Assembly: GCA_035390665.1 (NCBI GenBank) | Contig: DAOOUC010000009.1 | Location: 1-26,063, forward strand | DNA: 26,063 nt | From: an archaeon | GTDB taxonomy: Archaea; Iainarchaeota; Iainarchaeia; Iainarchaeales; CSSED10-239 | Direction: 5' to 3' | In this document: piece by piece, positions 1-7,509 of the stretch | How positions within the stretch are numbered: the first letter of the stretch is position 1 | How the letters are laid out: each line of letters begins with the position of its first letter | Made by a program: the position numbers and the translations under genes | Notes under the pieces: model-generated | Database searches by the model: none | What the model saw: only the letters and a program-made list of their open reading frames with translations | What the model was told of the DNA's origin: nothing

Positions 1-1872
1 AGACACGACTCTTTTAGAAAAGGACAAAAGGAAATGATTAGGGATATTTATGAGTCTATTGTTCTTGGGAAGAATATACTTGTACATGCCCCGACAGGGA
101 CTGGAAAAACTGACTCAGCTCTTTCGGCAGCCATTACTCTTGCTATGGAGAAAAATCTAAAGGTTCTTTTTTTGACCCCAAAGATCTCTCAACATAAGAT
201 TGCTCTTGAAGTGATTGAAGACTTAAATGATAAATATAATCTTAAGATAAAAGCAATTGATTTTGTTGGAAAGAAAAACATGTGTATTGAACCTGTCATC
301 TCTAGAACTGATTCTAACTTTTATGAAATTTGCTTAATGGCTTGCAAGAAAAAACAATGCCCTTTCTTTGAAAATATTAGACCCTCAAACAAAGGACAAA
401 GAGATCTTTTAGCATACACTCTAGAAAAAAAATTATCAGAAAAAGAAGTCTTGACCCATTTAGAAATTAAAAAAATTGCAGAAGACCTAAAAAGTCCATC
501 CGGAGAAAGACAACCAGTTTGTGCTTATGAACTTGCAAAAATTTATGCTAAAAGTTGTAGAGTTGTTATTGCAGATTATTATCATGTTTTTTCTAGCAAA
601 GTTATGGAATCAACACTTAATGAGATTGGAATTACTCTTGATGAATGCATAATTGTTATTGATGAAGCACATAATCTTGAAGAGCGTTTGTTAAAATTAA
701 TATCTAAATCTCTTAATACTAACATGCTCCACAAAGCAATCAAAGAAGCAAAAGATATTAAAAATAATAAACTTAAAAATGTTTTAGAAAAACAACTTGA
801 TTATATTGAAAGAATTGCAGAAAAGAAACTAGAAAAAATAAAAGAAGATAAAATTGAAAAAGACGAAATATTAATTAAAGAAATAAGAGACGACATTATT
901 TCTTTTATTGAAGAACTTGATGAGTCTGGGCTTAAATATATTGAAGAACTTAAAGAAAGTAGTTCTGCTTTAATTGCTGTGGGTTTATTCTTAGAAGAAT
1001 GGATTAAAGAGAAAGATGCACATATTCGTTTTATTAGAAAAGAAAGAAATGTAATTAGTGTTAAATATAATGCACTTGATGTTTCTCCAATTACAAAAAA
1101 AACATTTGAAAGTTGTTATTCTTCTGTTCTTATGTCTGCAACTTTAACCCCTCTTACAATGTATCAAGACATTCTGGGGTTACCAAAAAGTACAACAATA
1201 ACAAAAGAATACCCAACCCCTTTTGAAAAAGAAAAAAGACTTAATCTTTTAATAACTGATTCTTCAACTAAGTTTACACAAAGAAATGATATAGAGTATA
1301 AGAAGATTGCTGGACATGTCGAAAAATGCATTAATGCAATTCCTGGAAACTGTGTTGTGTTCTTTCCTTCTTTTGAAGTGATGAACGATATTTTGCCATT
1401 ACTTAAAACCATTAACAAACCAAAAATAATTCAAGAAGAAAAAATGGATAGCCACGACTTTGAAGAAATGATTTTGGATTTTAAAAAACATTCTAAAAGA
1501 TTTGGAGGTGTTTTATTTGCAGTCATGGGGGGAAAAGCATCAGAAGGAATTGATCTTCCTGGAGAGTTTTTGATTGGAGCGATAATTGTTGGAATTCCTC
1601 TTGCAAGAATGGAGATTGAAACAAAAGCTAAAATTGACTATTACGAAATCAAGTTTAAGAATGGATGGAACTATGCTTATATTCAACCTGCAATTCAAAA
1701 AGTAATACAAAGTGCTGGAAGAGTTATTAGAACAGACACAGACAAAGGAGTTATTGTTTTTATTGATGCTCGCTTTAGATGGGAAAACTATAGAAAATGC
1801 TTTTCAAAAGATATGCAATTTTTAATAAGCAAAGACTCTAAAGAAGAAATTGAAAACTTCTTTAAAAAATAA
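1..1872 (+). CDS. XPD/Rad3-like DEAD_2 superfamily 2 DNA helicase with Fe-S cysteines; 5'-truncated by the window edge
   Basis: Walker A 'HAPTGTGKTDSAL', DEAH box 'VIDEAHNLEERL', cysteine set 'NMCIEP...FYEICLMACKKKQCPFF', C-terminal 'QSAGRVIRTDTDKGVIVFIDARF'. Bases 1-33 are open in the same frame (RHDSFRKGQKE), matching the usual 'yRpgQ' motif before the Walker A, so the ATG at 34 is probably not the real start. Confidence 0.93.
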   Translation, partial: RHDSFRKGQKEMIRDIYESIVLGKNILVHAPTGTGKTDSALSAAITLAMEKNLKVLFLTPKISQHKIALEVIEDLNDKYNLKIKAIDFVGKKNMCIEPVISRTDSNFYEICLMACKKKQCPFFENIRPSNKGQRDLLAYTLEKKLSEKEVLTHLEIKKIAEDLKSPSGERQPVCAYELAKIYAKSCRVVIADYYHVFSSKVMESTLNEIGITLDECIIVIDEAHNLEERLLKLISKSLNTNMLHKAIKEAKDIKNNKLKNVLEKQLDYIERIAEKKLEKIKEDKIEKDEILIKEIRDDIISFIEELDESGLKYIEELKESSSALIAVGLFLEEWIKEKDAHIRFIRKERNVISVKYNALDVSPITKKTFESCYSSVLMSATLTPLTMYQDILGLPKSTTITKEYPTPFEKEKRLNLLITDSSTKFTQRNDIEYKKIAGHVEKCINAIPGNCVVFFPSFEVMNDILPLLKTINKPKIIQEEKMDSHDFEEMILDFKKHSKRFGGVLFAVMGGKASEGIDLPGEFLIGAIIVGIPLARMEIETKAKIDYYEIKFKNGWNYAYIQPAIQKVIQSAGRVIRTDTDKGVIVFIDARFRWENYRKCFSKDMQFLISKDSKEEIENFFKK

Positions 1873-2005
1873 TATCTGATTTTTTAAGATAAGAAAACAT
1901 TTTTTGAAATTCCTTTTCAGAATATAATTTAGATTTACCTTGCTTGATTTCCTCCATATCCCTTTCTATTGCTTTACCTAAAAGTTCTTGCGCTTTTTTA
2001 TTCAT
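1862..2005 (-). CDS. 47-aa ORF resembling the C-terminal half of the neighbouring antitoxin (MNKKAQELLGKAIERDMEEIKQGKSKLYSEKEFQKMFSYLKKSDIIF)
   Basis: Hand translation of the minus strand; not in the supplied ORF track. Start overlaps the toxin stop as ATGA. An ungapped alignment with the antitoxin tail 'VNKAIAREMDKVKSGKKKTYTEEEFYKL' gives about 14/28 identities. Confidence 0.6.
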   Translation of the reverse strand: MNKKAQELLGKAIERDMEEIKQGKSKLYSEKEFQKMFSYLKKSDIIF

Positions 2006-2262
2006 TTCTTATACCATTTTTCATATTCTTTATGACTTTTTAAAAATTTTAAAATATATATTTTATTATCATTAATTTGGTAAATAATTCTACAAGAATA
2101 TCCTACTCTTTCTATGAAATACGGAAGACCATAATGAAAATGTTTCCTCGACATTCCTTCGTCTCTAATTTTTAATAAATGATTTTGTATTTCTTTTCTA
2201 ATTGTTTTATCCAAATCTTTTATATCTTTATGAAAATCTTCTTCAAAAATTATATCTAACAT
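2002..2262 (-). CDS. Type II toxin, RelE/ParE superfamily
   Basis: 86 aa; 'GYSCRIIYQINDNKIYILKFLKSHKEYEKW' matches the RelE/ParE beta-sheet and tail pattern; paired with an RHH antitoxin. Confidence 0.8.
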   Translation of the reverse strand: MLDIIFEEDFHKDIKDLDKTIRKEIQNHLLKIRDEGMSRKHFHYGLPYFIERVGYSCRIIYQINDNKIYILKFLKSHKEYEKWYKK

Positions 2263-2264
2263 AT

Positions 2265-2558
2265 TTAATCAAGTAAATCTGGATTTAATTTATAAAACTC
2301 TTCTTCTGTATAGGTTTTCTTTTTTCCTGATTTAACTTTATCCATTTCTCTAGCTATTGCTTTGTTAACAAGTATTACTTCTTCTTTACTTGGTTTTTCT
2401 TCAACTTTGTGCTTGTGAGCTAATTCTAATATTCCTGCTCTAACTACTTCGCTTTTGGTTGCATAATATCCTTGATCAACAAAATCTGAAAGATATTTCG
2501 CTTGCTTTCCTTTAAGCCTTACAATAAATTCAATTTCTGTTTCTTTTTTCATAATCAT
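2265..2558 (-). CDS. Ribbon-helix-helix (CopG/ParD-like) antitoxin
   Basis: 'IEFIVRLKGKQAKYLSDFVDQGYYATKSEVVRAGILEL' is a typical RHH DNA-binding segment; lies immediately upstream of the toxin on the same strand. Confidence 0.8.
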   Translation of the reverse strand: MIMKKETEIEFIVRLKGKQAKYLSDFVDQGYYATKSEVVRAGILELAHKHKVEEKPSKEEVILVNKAIAREMDKVKSGKKKTYTEEEFYKLNPDLLD

Positions 2559-2599
2559 TTCACTAAATATTTAAGAAAATAAAGAAATAAAAATAGATA

Positions 2600-3658
2600 T
2601 CATTTTGATATCTTTCTGATATCTTTAATTTTTGTTTTTGGTTTCTTAGAAATAAGATTTATTTTTTGAACTTCTTGCTCTAATAGATCCCCTGGAAAAT
2701 AATTAAAGATATGTTCTTTGTAAATTCTTGTGGTTTCAAACTCTTTTATTATATCGTTAAATTTTTCTCTAATGTTTCTAGTAAATAAAACCATTTCATC
2801 ATTGTTTTTTATCTCGTAATCAATTTCAAAATCCCAATAACCTATTACTTTTGTTATATCATAAACACAAAGATTGTTTTGTAAAAAATCAATCAATTCA
2901 TTTTCTTTATCTTCTGTTATTGTATTAAACTTAATTAGAGATTTGTAAGCTTGCCTTCCCATGGCTTCTAAATTAATATGCACCTTATAACCTTCAATTA
3001 TGTTTCTATCTTGAAGATGTTTTAATCTATAGATTACTTTATTTGGAGAAGCATTAATTAGTTTAGAAATCTCTACAGAACCAAGTCTTGTATCTTGAGA
3101 AATTATTGACAGAATCTTTAAATCTGTTTTATCAAGCTTTTGAACAATTAAGTCTTCAGAACAAATAAAAGACTTTGTTTTTATTTCTCTGTATTTGTTT
3201 GTAAAATAATCTCTTCCAAAATAAATGTTTTCAAGAGTTGTTAAAACATCTATGTCTTTTATGTTTTCTGGATATTTATTTTTTAATTCTTTTAAAAAAC
3301 AATAATATTGTACAATGTTCTTTCCCATAAAATCAATTATCAAATCCCATTGTCCTGTGCTTTCTGCTAAATAGGAAATATTTCTATTATTTTTTAAAAA
3401 ATCAATAATCGTGTCTTGAACCTTTGGAGAAATATTTGTTAACTTTATCATTGTTCTATAACTTGTATACCCTAGCTTTACAAAATTAATTACTGTGTAA
3501 TAACCTAAGATTACTTTATTCTTTTCAAGACTTTGCAACCTATAGCTCATAACCTGTTGAGAGGTTCTTATTTTTTTTCCTATGTTAGATAAAGGTTGCC
3601 GTGAATCCTTCTCTAATTCTGCTAGTATTTTTAGATCAAAATTGTCTATTTCTTGCAT
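2600..3658 (-). CDS. Lrp/AsnC-family regulator with two tandem Lrp units in one chain
   Basis: Two AsnC-type HTH segments: 'IDNFDLKILAELEKDSRQPLSNIGKKIRTSQQVMSYRLQSLEKNKVILGY' and 'LDKTDLKILSIISQDTRLGSVEISKLINASPNKVIYRLKHLQDRNIIEGY', each followed by a similar alpha/beta segment. Confidence 0.85.
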   Translation of the reverse strand: MQEIDNFDLKILAELEKDSRQPLSNIGKKIRTSQQVMSYRLQSLEKNKVILGYYTVINFVKLGYTSYRTMIKLTNISPKVQDTIIDFLKNNRNISYLAESTGQWDLIIDFMGKNIVQYYCFLKELKNKYPENIKDIDVLTTLENIYFGRDYFTNKYREIKTKSFICSEDLIVQKLDKTDLKILSIISQDTRLGSVEISKLINASPNKVIYRLKHLQDRNIIEGYKVHINLEAMGRQAYKSLIKFNTITEDKENELIDFLQNNLCVYDITKVIGYWDFEIDYEIKNNDEMVLFTRNIREKFNDIIKEFETTRIYKEHIFNYFPGDLLEQEVQKINLISKKPKTKIKDIRKISK

Positions 3659-3681
3659 ATATTTGTTTTATTGTCAAAAAA

Positions 3682-3690
3682 CTATATAAA
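3682..3690 (-). promoter_or_regulatory. TATA-like box for the Lrp-family gene
   Basis: Minus strand reads ATTTATATAG about 25-30 nt upstream of the ATG at 3658, which would give a nearly leaderless transcript. Confidence 0.45.
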
Positions 3691-3700
3691 TCTAGCGATT

Positions 3701-3717
3701 TCACAAAATTTTTGTGA
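3701..3717. promoter_or_regulatory. Perfect palindrome TCACAAAA-T-TTTTGTGA, candidate Lrp-type operator
   Basis: 8-bp arms with a 1-nt centre; further half-site TCACAAATT at 3741-3749; placed between divergent TATA-like boxes. Confidence 0.5.
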
Positions 3718-3721
3718 GAAT

Positions 3722-3732
3722 GTTATAAATAG
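3722..3732 (+). promoter_or_regulatory. TATA-like box (GTTATAAATAG) for the 3785 gene
   Basis: AT-rich TATA-like motif about 55 nt upstream of the ATG at 3785 in the divergent intergenic region. Confidence 0.35.
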
Positions 3733-3784
3733 TAGCAAATTCACAAATTATCTATAAAAAGGTAATAACTTAAAAAGACCTTGT

Positions 3785-5338
3785 ATGAATGTGCTTTTTG
3801 TAGCATTCCCAAATCATCCACTTCTCCCCCCGAATGTGGAAATAGAAAAGAACAAAAAACCTAACAGAAAAAATAAACAAAAGAAAGAATTGCTATTCTC
3901 TAGCATCCCATTTTTTCTATCTTCTTCTTTTGCTTTTGATTTCTTATATCTTGATTCTTTTGCTTTTTCTGAAATTATTTCCAAGAAACCAGAAATAATA
4001 ATAATGGATATTTCTTTCTTTAAAGAACTTGGAGAAGACTATCTTAATAATTATTATAGAATCGTACAAAAAATTAAAGAAACAATTCCAGACACAAAAA
4101 TAATAACCATATCTAATAAGGAAAATAAAGATTGTCAAAACCTCTTTGTTTATGATATTAAGGACAAAGAAAAAACCATTTGTAAAGATTTCAAAAAATA
4201 TCTTAAAAATCTAAAGATTAAATTGCCAGAAAGTTCTTTTAATTTATACAATATAGTCAAGGAAAAATTTGACTTGTGTGTTGTCCAAGATTTAGTGTGT
4301 TTTTCTAATCATATAGAAACTTATAAACATCCGGGACTTGATTTTTTTTATTTTTTTAATTATACAGCAGATTTTGATTTTGATCTATTATCTGAGATAT
4401 CATATAGAATTGAACTCTCCTTTGAGGACATGATATCTAAAAATCTAGAGATTTTACCTAAAACCGGGTGTGTGGAAATAATTTGCCTTTTTAATTTAAA
4501 TGAAAAAAATAAAATTGAATTGCAAAATAAGATAAAGATTATTTCTCAAATAAAAAATAAACTAAATTTAAAATTTAAGATAATACCTGAATGTAAAAAT
4601 AACAAAAATCTAATTGATGTATTAAATTTATTGGATTACGTTAAAATTGATTATCAAATAACTAAAAATCAATGTCCTGGTTCTAATCAAAACATTTTAT
4701 TTTCATTAGTTGAATGCTTTAAAGATTGTATACCTGAAACTAAAGATCTAAAGAAAAGACTAACATTAGATATTTATTCTATTTCACAAAATATTACTCT
4801 TGAAAATCTTGTAAATGCAATCTTTGAATTAGATAATCAATATATGGATATTTATCTAGATCTTATTCATCTGTTTGATGGATATTTTACTACAGAAGAA
4901 ATAATTGGTTATCTTATAAAATTACATCCAAGACACACAAAAGAAGAAATAGATTCTGAGACACAAAAATGTATTCTATTTTTAGAAAAGAAAAAATTAA
5001 TTACAAAGGACAAGGATTATCAGACAAAACCAAAACTAAATAATAATTTTAAACTAAAAAGTGTATTACCTCAAAGAACAGAATTGCAATTATTATACTC
5101 TGGTTCAGAAAAAGGATACTTTATGATTAATACAAAACTTAAATTAAAAGATTTGGAAAAAATATCTAAAGATTTATTTTTCTTTTTTATTTTTTCAAAA
5201 GGAATATATTATATTAGAGAAGTTTCTGAAAAATTGCATCTTATTCTAGGAGACTGTGTTGAGTTTAGTAAAGATAATTATATTAAAACAACAGGCAAGA
5301 TTTATCAAACATTAAAAAGATATAAACTTTGTAAATGA
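3785..5338 (+). CDS. Uncharacterised 517-aa protein; possible degenerate B12-binding/radical-SAM-like architecture with PqqD-like C-terminal helical segments
   Basis: Long intact ORF. N-terminus 'MNVLFVAFPNHPLLPP...SEIISKKPEIIIMD' is reminiscent of B12-binding domains of BchE-type proteins, but no CxxxCxxC motif is visible. The segment 'LIHLFDGYFTTEEIIGYLIKLHPRHTKEEIDSETQKCILFLEKKKLI' has PqqD-like spacing. Confidence 0.75.
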   Translation: MNVLFVAFPNHPLLPPNVEIEKNKKPNRKNKQKKELLFSSIPFFLSSSFAFDFLYLDSFAFSEIISKKPEIIIMDISFFKELGEDYLNNYYRIVQKIKETIPDTKIITISNKENKDCQNLFVYDIKDKEKTICKDFKKYLKNLKIKLPESSFNLYNIVKEKFDLCVVQDLVCFSNHIETYKHPGLDFFYFFNYTADFDFDLLSEISYRIELSFEDMISKNLEILPKTGCVEIICLFNLNEKNKIELQNKIKIISQIKNKLNLKFKIIPECKNNKNLIDVLNLLDYVKIDYQITKNQCPGSNQNILFSLVECFKDCIPETKDLKKRLTLDIYSISQNITLENLVNAIFELDNQYMDIYLDLIHLFDGYFTTEEIIGYLIKLHPRHTKEEIDSETQKCILFLEKKKLITKDKDYQTKPKLNNNFKLKSVLPQRTELQLLYSGSEKGYFMINTKLKLKDLEKISKDLFFFFIFSKGIYYIREVSEKLHLILGDCVEFSKDNYIKTTGKIYQTLKRYKLCK

Positions 5339-5403
5339 TGTACCCCCCAGCAAGGCTTTTAATATCTTTCCTTATAAATATATTATATTAAATGTGAATA
5401 ATA

Positions 5404-6540
5404 ATGAGCGAAGAAAACTTCAAAGTTACGCCTTGGGAAATTGAAGGAAAAGTTGATTACCAAAAACTAATTAAACAATTTGGAACAACTGCTATTGATA
5501 AACAATTACTTGAAAAACTTAAGAACAAAACAAAGTCGAAAAGATTATCTGCTTTCTTTAGAAGAGGATTTATTTATTCTCATAGAGATCTAGAAAAGAT
5601 CATTGATAATATTGATAAAAATAATTTTTTCATATATACTGGCAGAGGCCCTTCTGGAAAGATGCACATTGGACATCTTATCCCTTTCATGATATCTAAA
5701 TGGTTTCAAGACGAATTTGATTGTAATGTTTACATCGCAATGGCAGATGACGAAAAATTTGTATTTAAAGACAAATTAACATTTGAAGAAATGGAAAAGA
5801 CAGCAAAAGATAATTTTTTAGATATTTCAGCTATTGGATTAAATCCAGATAAGACTTTTTTCTTTTCTGATATTGAATATATTTCTAAACTTTATCCTGT
5901 TGCTTTAAAATTTTCAAAAAAAATTAACTTTTCAACAGCAAAAGCGGTCTTTGGATTTAATAATGAAAGTAACTTAGGCCAATTCTTCTATCCTGCTGTT
6001 CAAATTGTTCCAACAACTTTTGAAAATAAAAACTGTTTGATACCTGCTGGAATTGATCAAGACCCTTACTGGAGAATACAAAGAGATGTTGCTGAAAAGC
6101 TTGGATATAAGAAAGTTGTAGCAGTACACAATAAGCTACTACCACCACTTCAAGGACTTGAAGGAAAGATGTCAAGTTCAGTTGGAGATACAGCAATATT
6201 TTTAGATGATGACTCTAAAACTATAGAAAAGAAAATAAACAAATATGCTTTCTCTGGTGGACAACCAACTTTAGAAGAACAAAGAAAAAAAGGTGGAAAT
6301 ACTGAAATTTGTGTTGTTTATTCCTGGTTAGAAATCTTGTTTGAAGATAGTGATGAAAAACTAGAACAAAGAAAAAAAGATTGTAAATCAGGAAAGATAC
6401 TTTGCGGAGAATGTAAAAAATATTTATCTGATAAGATTTCAAAAACCTTAAAACAACATCAAGAAAACAAAATTAAAAACTCTCCACTTATTGAAAAATA
6501 TAAATATTCTGGAATACTTGCACAAAAGATGTGGAAATGA
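5404..6540 (+). CDS. trpS: Tryptophanyl-tRNA synthetase
   Basis: 'YTGRGPSGKMHIGHLIPF' (HIGH motif), 'KMSSSVGDTAIFLDDD' (KMSKS motif), 'AGIDQDPYWRIQRDVAEKLG' typical of archaeal/eukaryotic TrpRS. Confidence 0.95.
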   Translation: MSEENFKVTPWEIEGKVDYQKLIKQFGTTAIDKQLLEKLKNKTKSKRLSAFFRRGFIYSHRDLEKIIDNIDKNNFFIYTGRGPSGKMHIGHLIPFMISKWFQDEFDCNVYIAMADDEKFVFKDKLTFEEMEKTAKDNFLDISAIGLNPDKTFFFSDIEYISKLYPVALKFSKKINFSTAKAVFGFNNESNLGQFFYPAVQIVPTTFENKNCLIPAGIDQDPYWRIQRDVAEKLGYKKVVAVHNKLLPPLQGLEGKMSSSVGDTAIFLDDDSKTIEKKINKYAFSGGQPTLEEQRKKGGNTEICVVYSWLEILFEDSDEKLEQRKKDCKSGKILCGECKKYLSDKISKTLKQHQENKIKNSPLIEKYKYSGILAQKMWK

Positions 6541-6547
6541 TCTTACA

Positions 6548-7144
6548 ATGAAAAAAATAAAAATCGCAATTGATCTTGATGACACATTAGTTCCAACAGT
6601 TGAACTACTTATTAAGGAAATGCTAAAAGACAAGAAATATCCTGCATTTAGAGGATATCATTCTATTAAGGACTTTTCTTTTGAAGAAGAACTTACATTA
6701 TACAGATATATTAGAAAAACAATAAACAAACAAGACGTTAGTAAATTTAAGCCAATGCCTGGTGCAATTCCAGCTATTAAAAAACTTGCAAAAGATTTTG
6801 ATCTTTACTTGGTTACAGCAAGAACTAAAAGTGCTAAAAAAACAACAAGAATTTGGATTGCTCATCACTTTCCCGGACTTTTTAAAAAAATAATATTTGG
6901 ACAATATAGAAAAGAAGGAGACTTCAAGAAAACAAAAGGACAAATCTGTAAAGAACAAGGTATTTCTTTAATTATTGATGATAGAGCAGATTATTGTTTA
7001 GATTGTTATAATCACGGAATAAAAGCAATTGTTTTGGATTATAATAACAGTTATCCTTGGTCAAAAGATAAAATTCCAAAAGACTTAAAAAAAGCTAAAA
7101 ACTGGAAAGAAGTTCTTGAAATTATAAAAAAGACAAAGTTTTAA
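6548..7144 (+). CDS. HAD-superfamily 5'(3')-deoxyribonucleotidase-like hydrolase
   Basis: 'KIAIDLDDTLVPTVELL' (motif I DxDxT), 'YLVTARTKSAK', 'LIIDDRADYCLDCYNHGIKAIVLD'. The ATG at 6548 fits better than the tracked start at 6491 inside trpS. Confidence 0.8.
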   Translation: MKKIKIAIDLDDTLVPTVELLIKEMLKDKKYPAFRGYHSIKDFSFEEELTLYRYIRKTINKQDVSKFKPMPGAIPAIKKLAKDFDLYLVTARTKSAKKTTRIWIAHHFPGLFKKIIFGQYRKEGDFKKTKGQICKEQGISLIIDDRADYCLDCYNHGIKAIVLDYNNSYPWSKDKIPKDLKKAKNWKEVLEIIKKTKF

Positions 7145-7171
7145 ACTTGTTTTATTTATCTATTTATATAT

Positions 7172-7244
7172 AGCCTGGTAGTGTAGTGGCCAAGCATACA
7201 AGACTCTGGATCTTGTGACAGGAGTTCGAATCTCCTCCGGGCTA
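7172..7244 (+). tRNA. tRNA-Gln (anticodon CTG, 7206-7208)
   Basis: Acceptor AGCCTGG/CCGGGCT, anticodon stem CAAGA/TCTTG with loop CTCTGGA, T arm AGGAG-TTCGAAT-CTCCT, discriminator A; CCA not encoded; no intron. Confidence 0.93.
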
Positions 7245-7267
7245 TTAACCATTTGGGGGAATAATAG

Positions 7268-7507
7268 ATGGCAATATTTGATGTGTTTAAGAAAAAAGAA
7301 AAAACTGAAGAAGAAAAAGCAAAAGAATTAGAATTACAGAAATTAAAACAAAAACAAACTCCACAAATTGATATGGCAAATTCTAAATATCCAACTGAAA
7401 CTTGTGCTGTTTGTAGTCAAAAGGGCTGCGATAAAAAATGGGGCGGACAATATTGGCATAAAAAATGTCTTCGCTCTGTTAAAGGTATGGCAAAAGACAT
7501 GATTTAA
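7268..7507 (+). CDS. Small protein with basic/acidic N-terminal helix and a putative Zn-binding C-terminus
   Basis: 79 aa; 'CAVCSQKGCDKKWGGQYWHKKC' gives a CxxC...HxxxC-like ligand set. Confidence 0.65.
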   Translation: MAIFDVFKKKEKTEEEKAKELELQKLKQKQTPQIDMANSKYPTETCAVCSQKGCDKKWGGQYWHKKCLRSVKGMAKDMI

Positions 7508-7509
7508 TT

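Noticed and set aside
1164-1418. 84-aa minus-strand ORF inside the helicase gene
   Set aside because: Antisense to a confidently identified helicase; no family resemblance; typical shadow ORF of AT-rich coding DNA.
3944-4138. 64-aa minus-strand ORF inside the 517-aa gene
   Set aside because: Low-complexity F/I/Y-rich antisense translation, no recognisable motif.
3821-5350. C-runs at about 3827-3832 and 5342-5348 flanking the 517-aa gene, considered as a repeat pair bounding a mobile element
   Set aside because: Only short homopolymer-like runs in different sequence contexts; no terminal inverted repeats or target duplication.
6491-6547. Upstream extension of the HAD gene into trpS (MKNINILEYLHKRCGNDLT)
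   Set aside because: The DxDxT motif normally sits near the N-terminus; the ATG at 6548 gives a standard HAD start.
5957-6958. Several antisense or frame-shifted ORFs (5957-6196, 6221-6442, 6448-6633, 6698-6958) in trpS and the HAD gene
   Set aside because: All lie opposite well-supported coding regions and have shadow-like compositions (Q/L/F rich).
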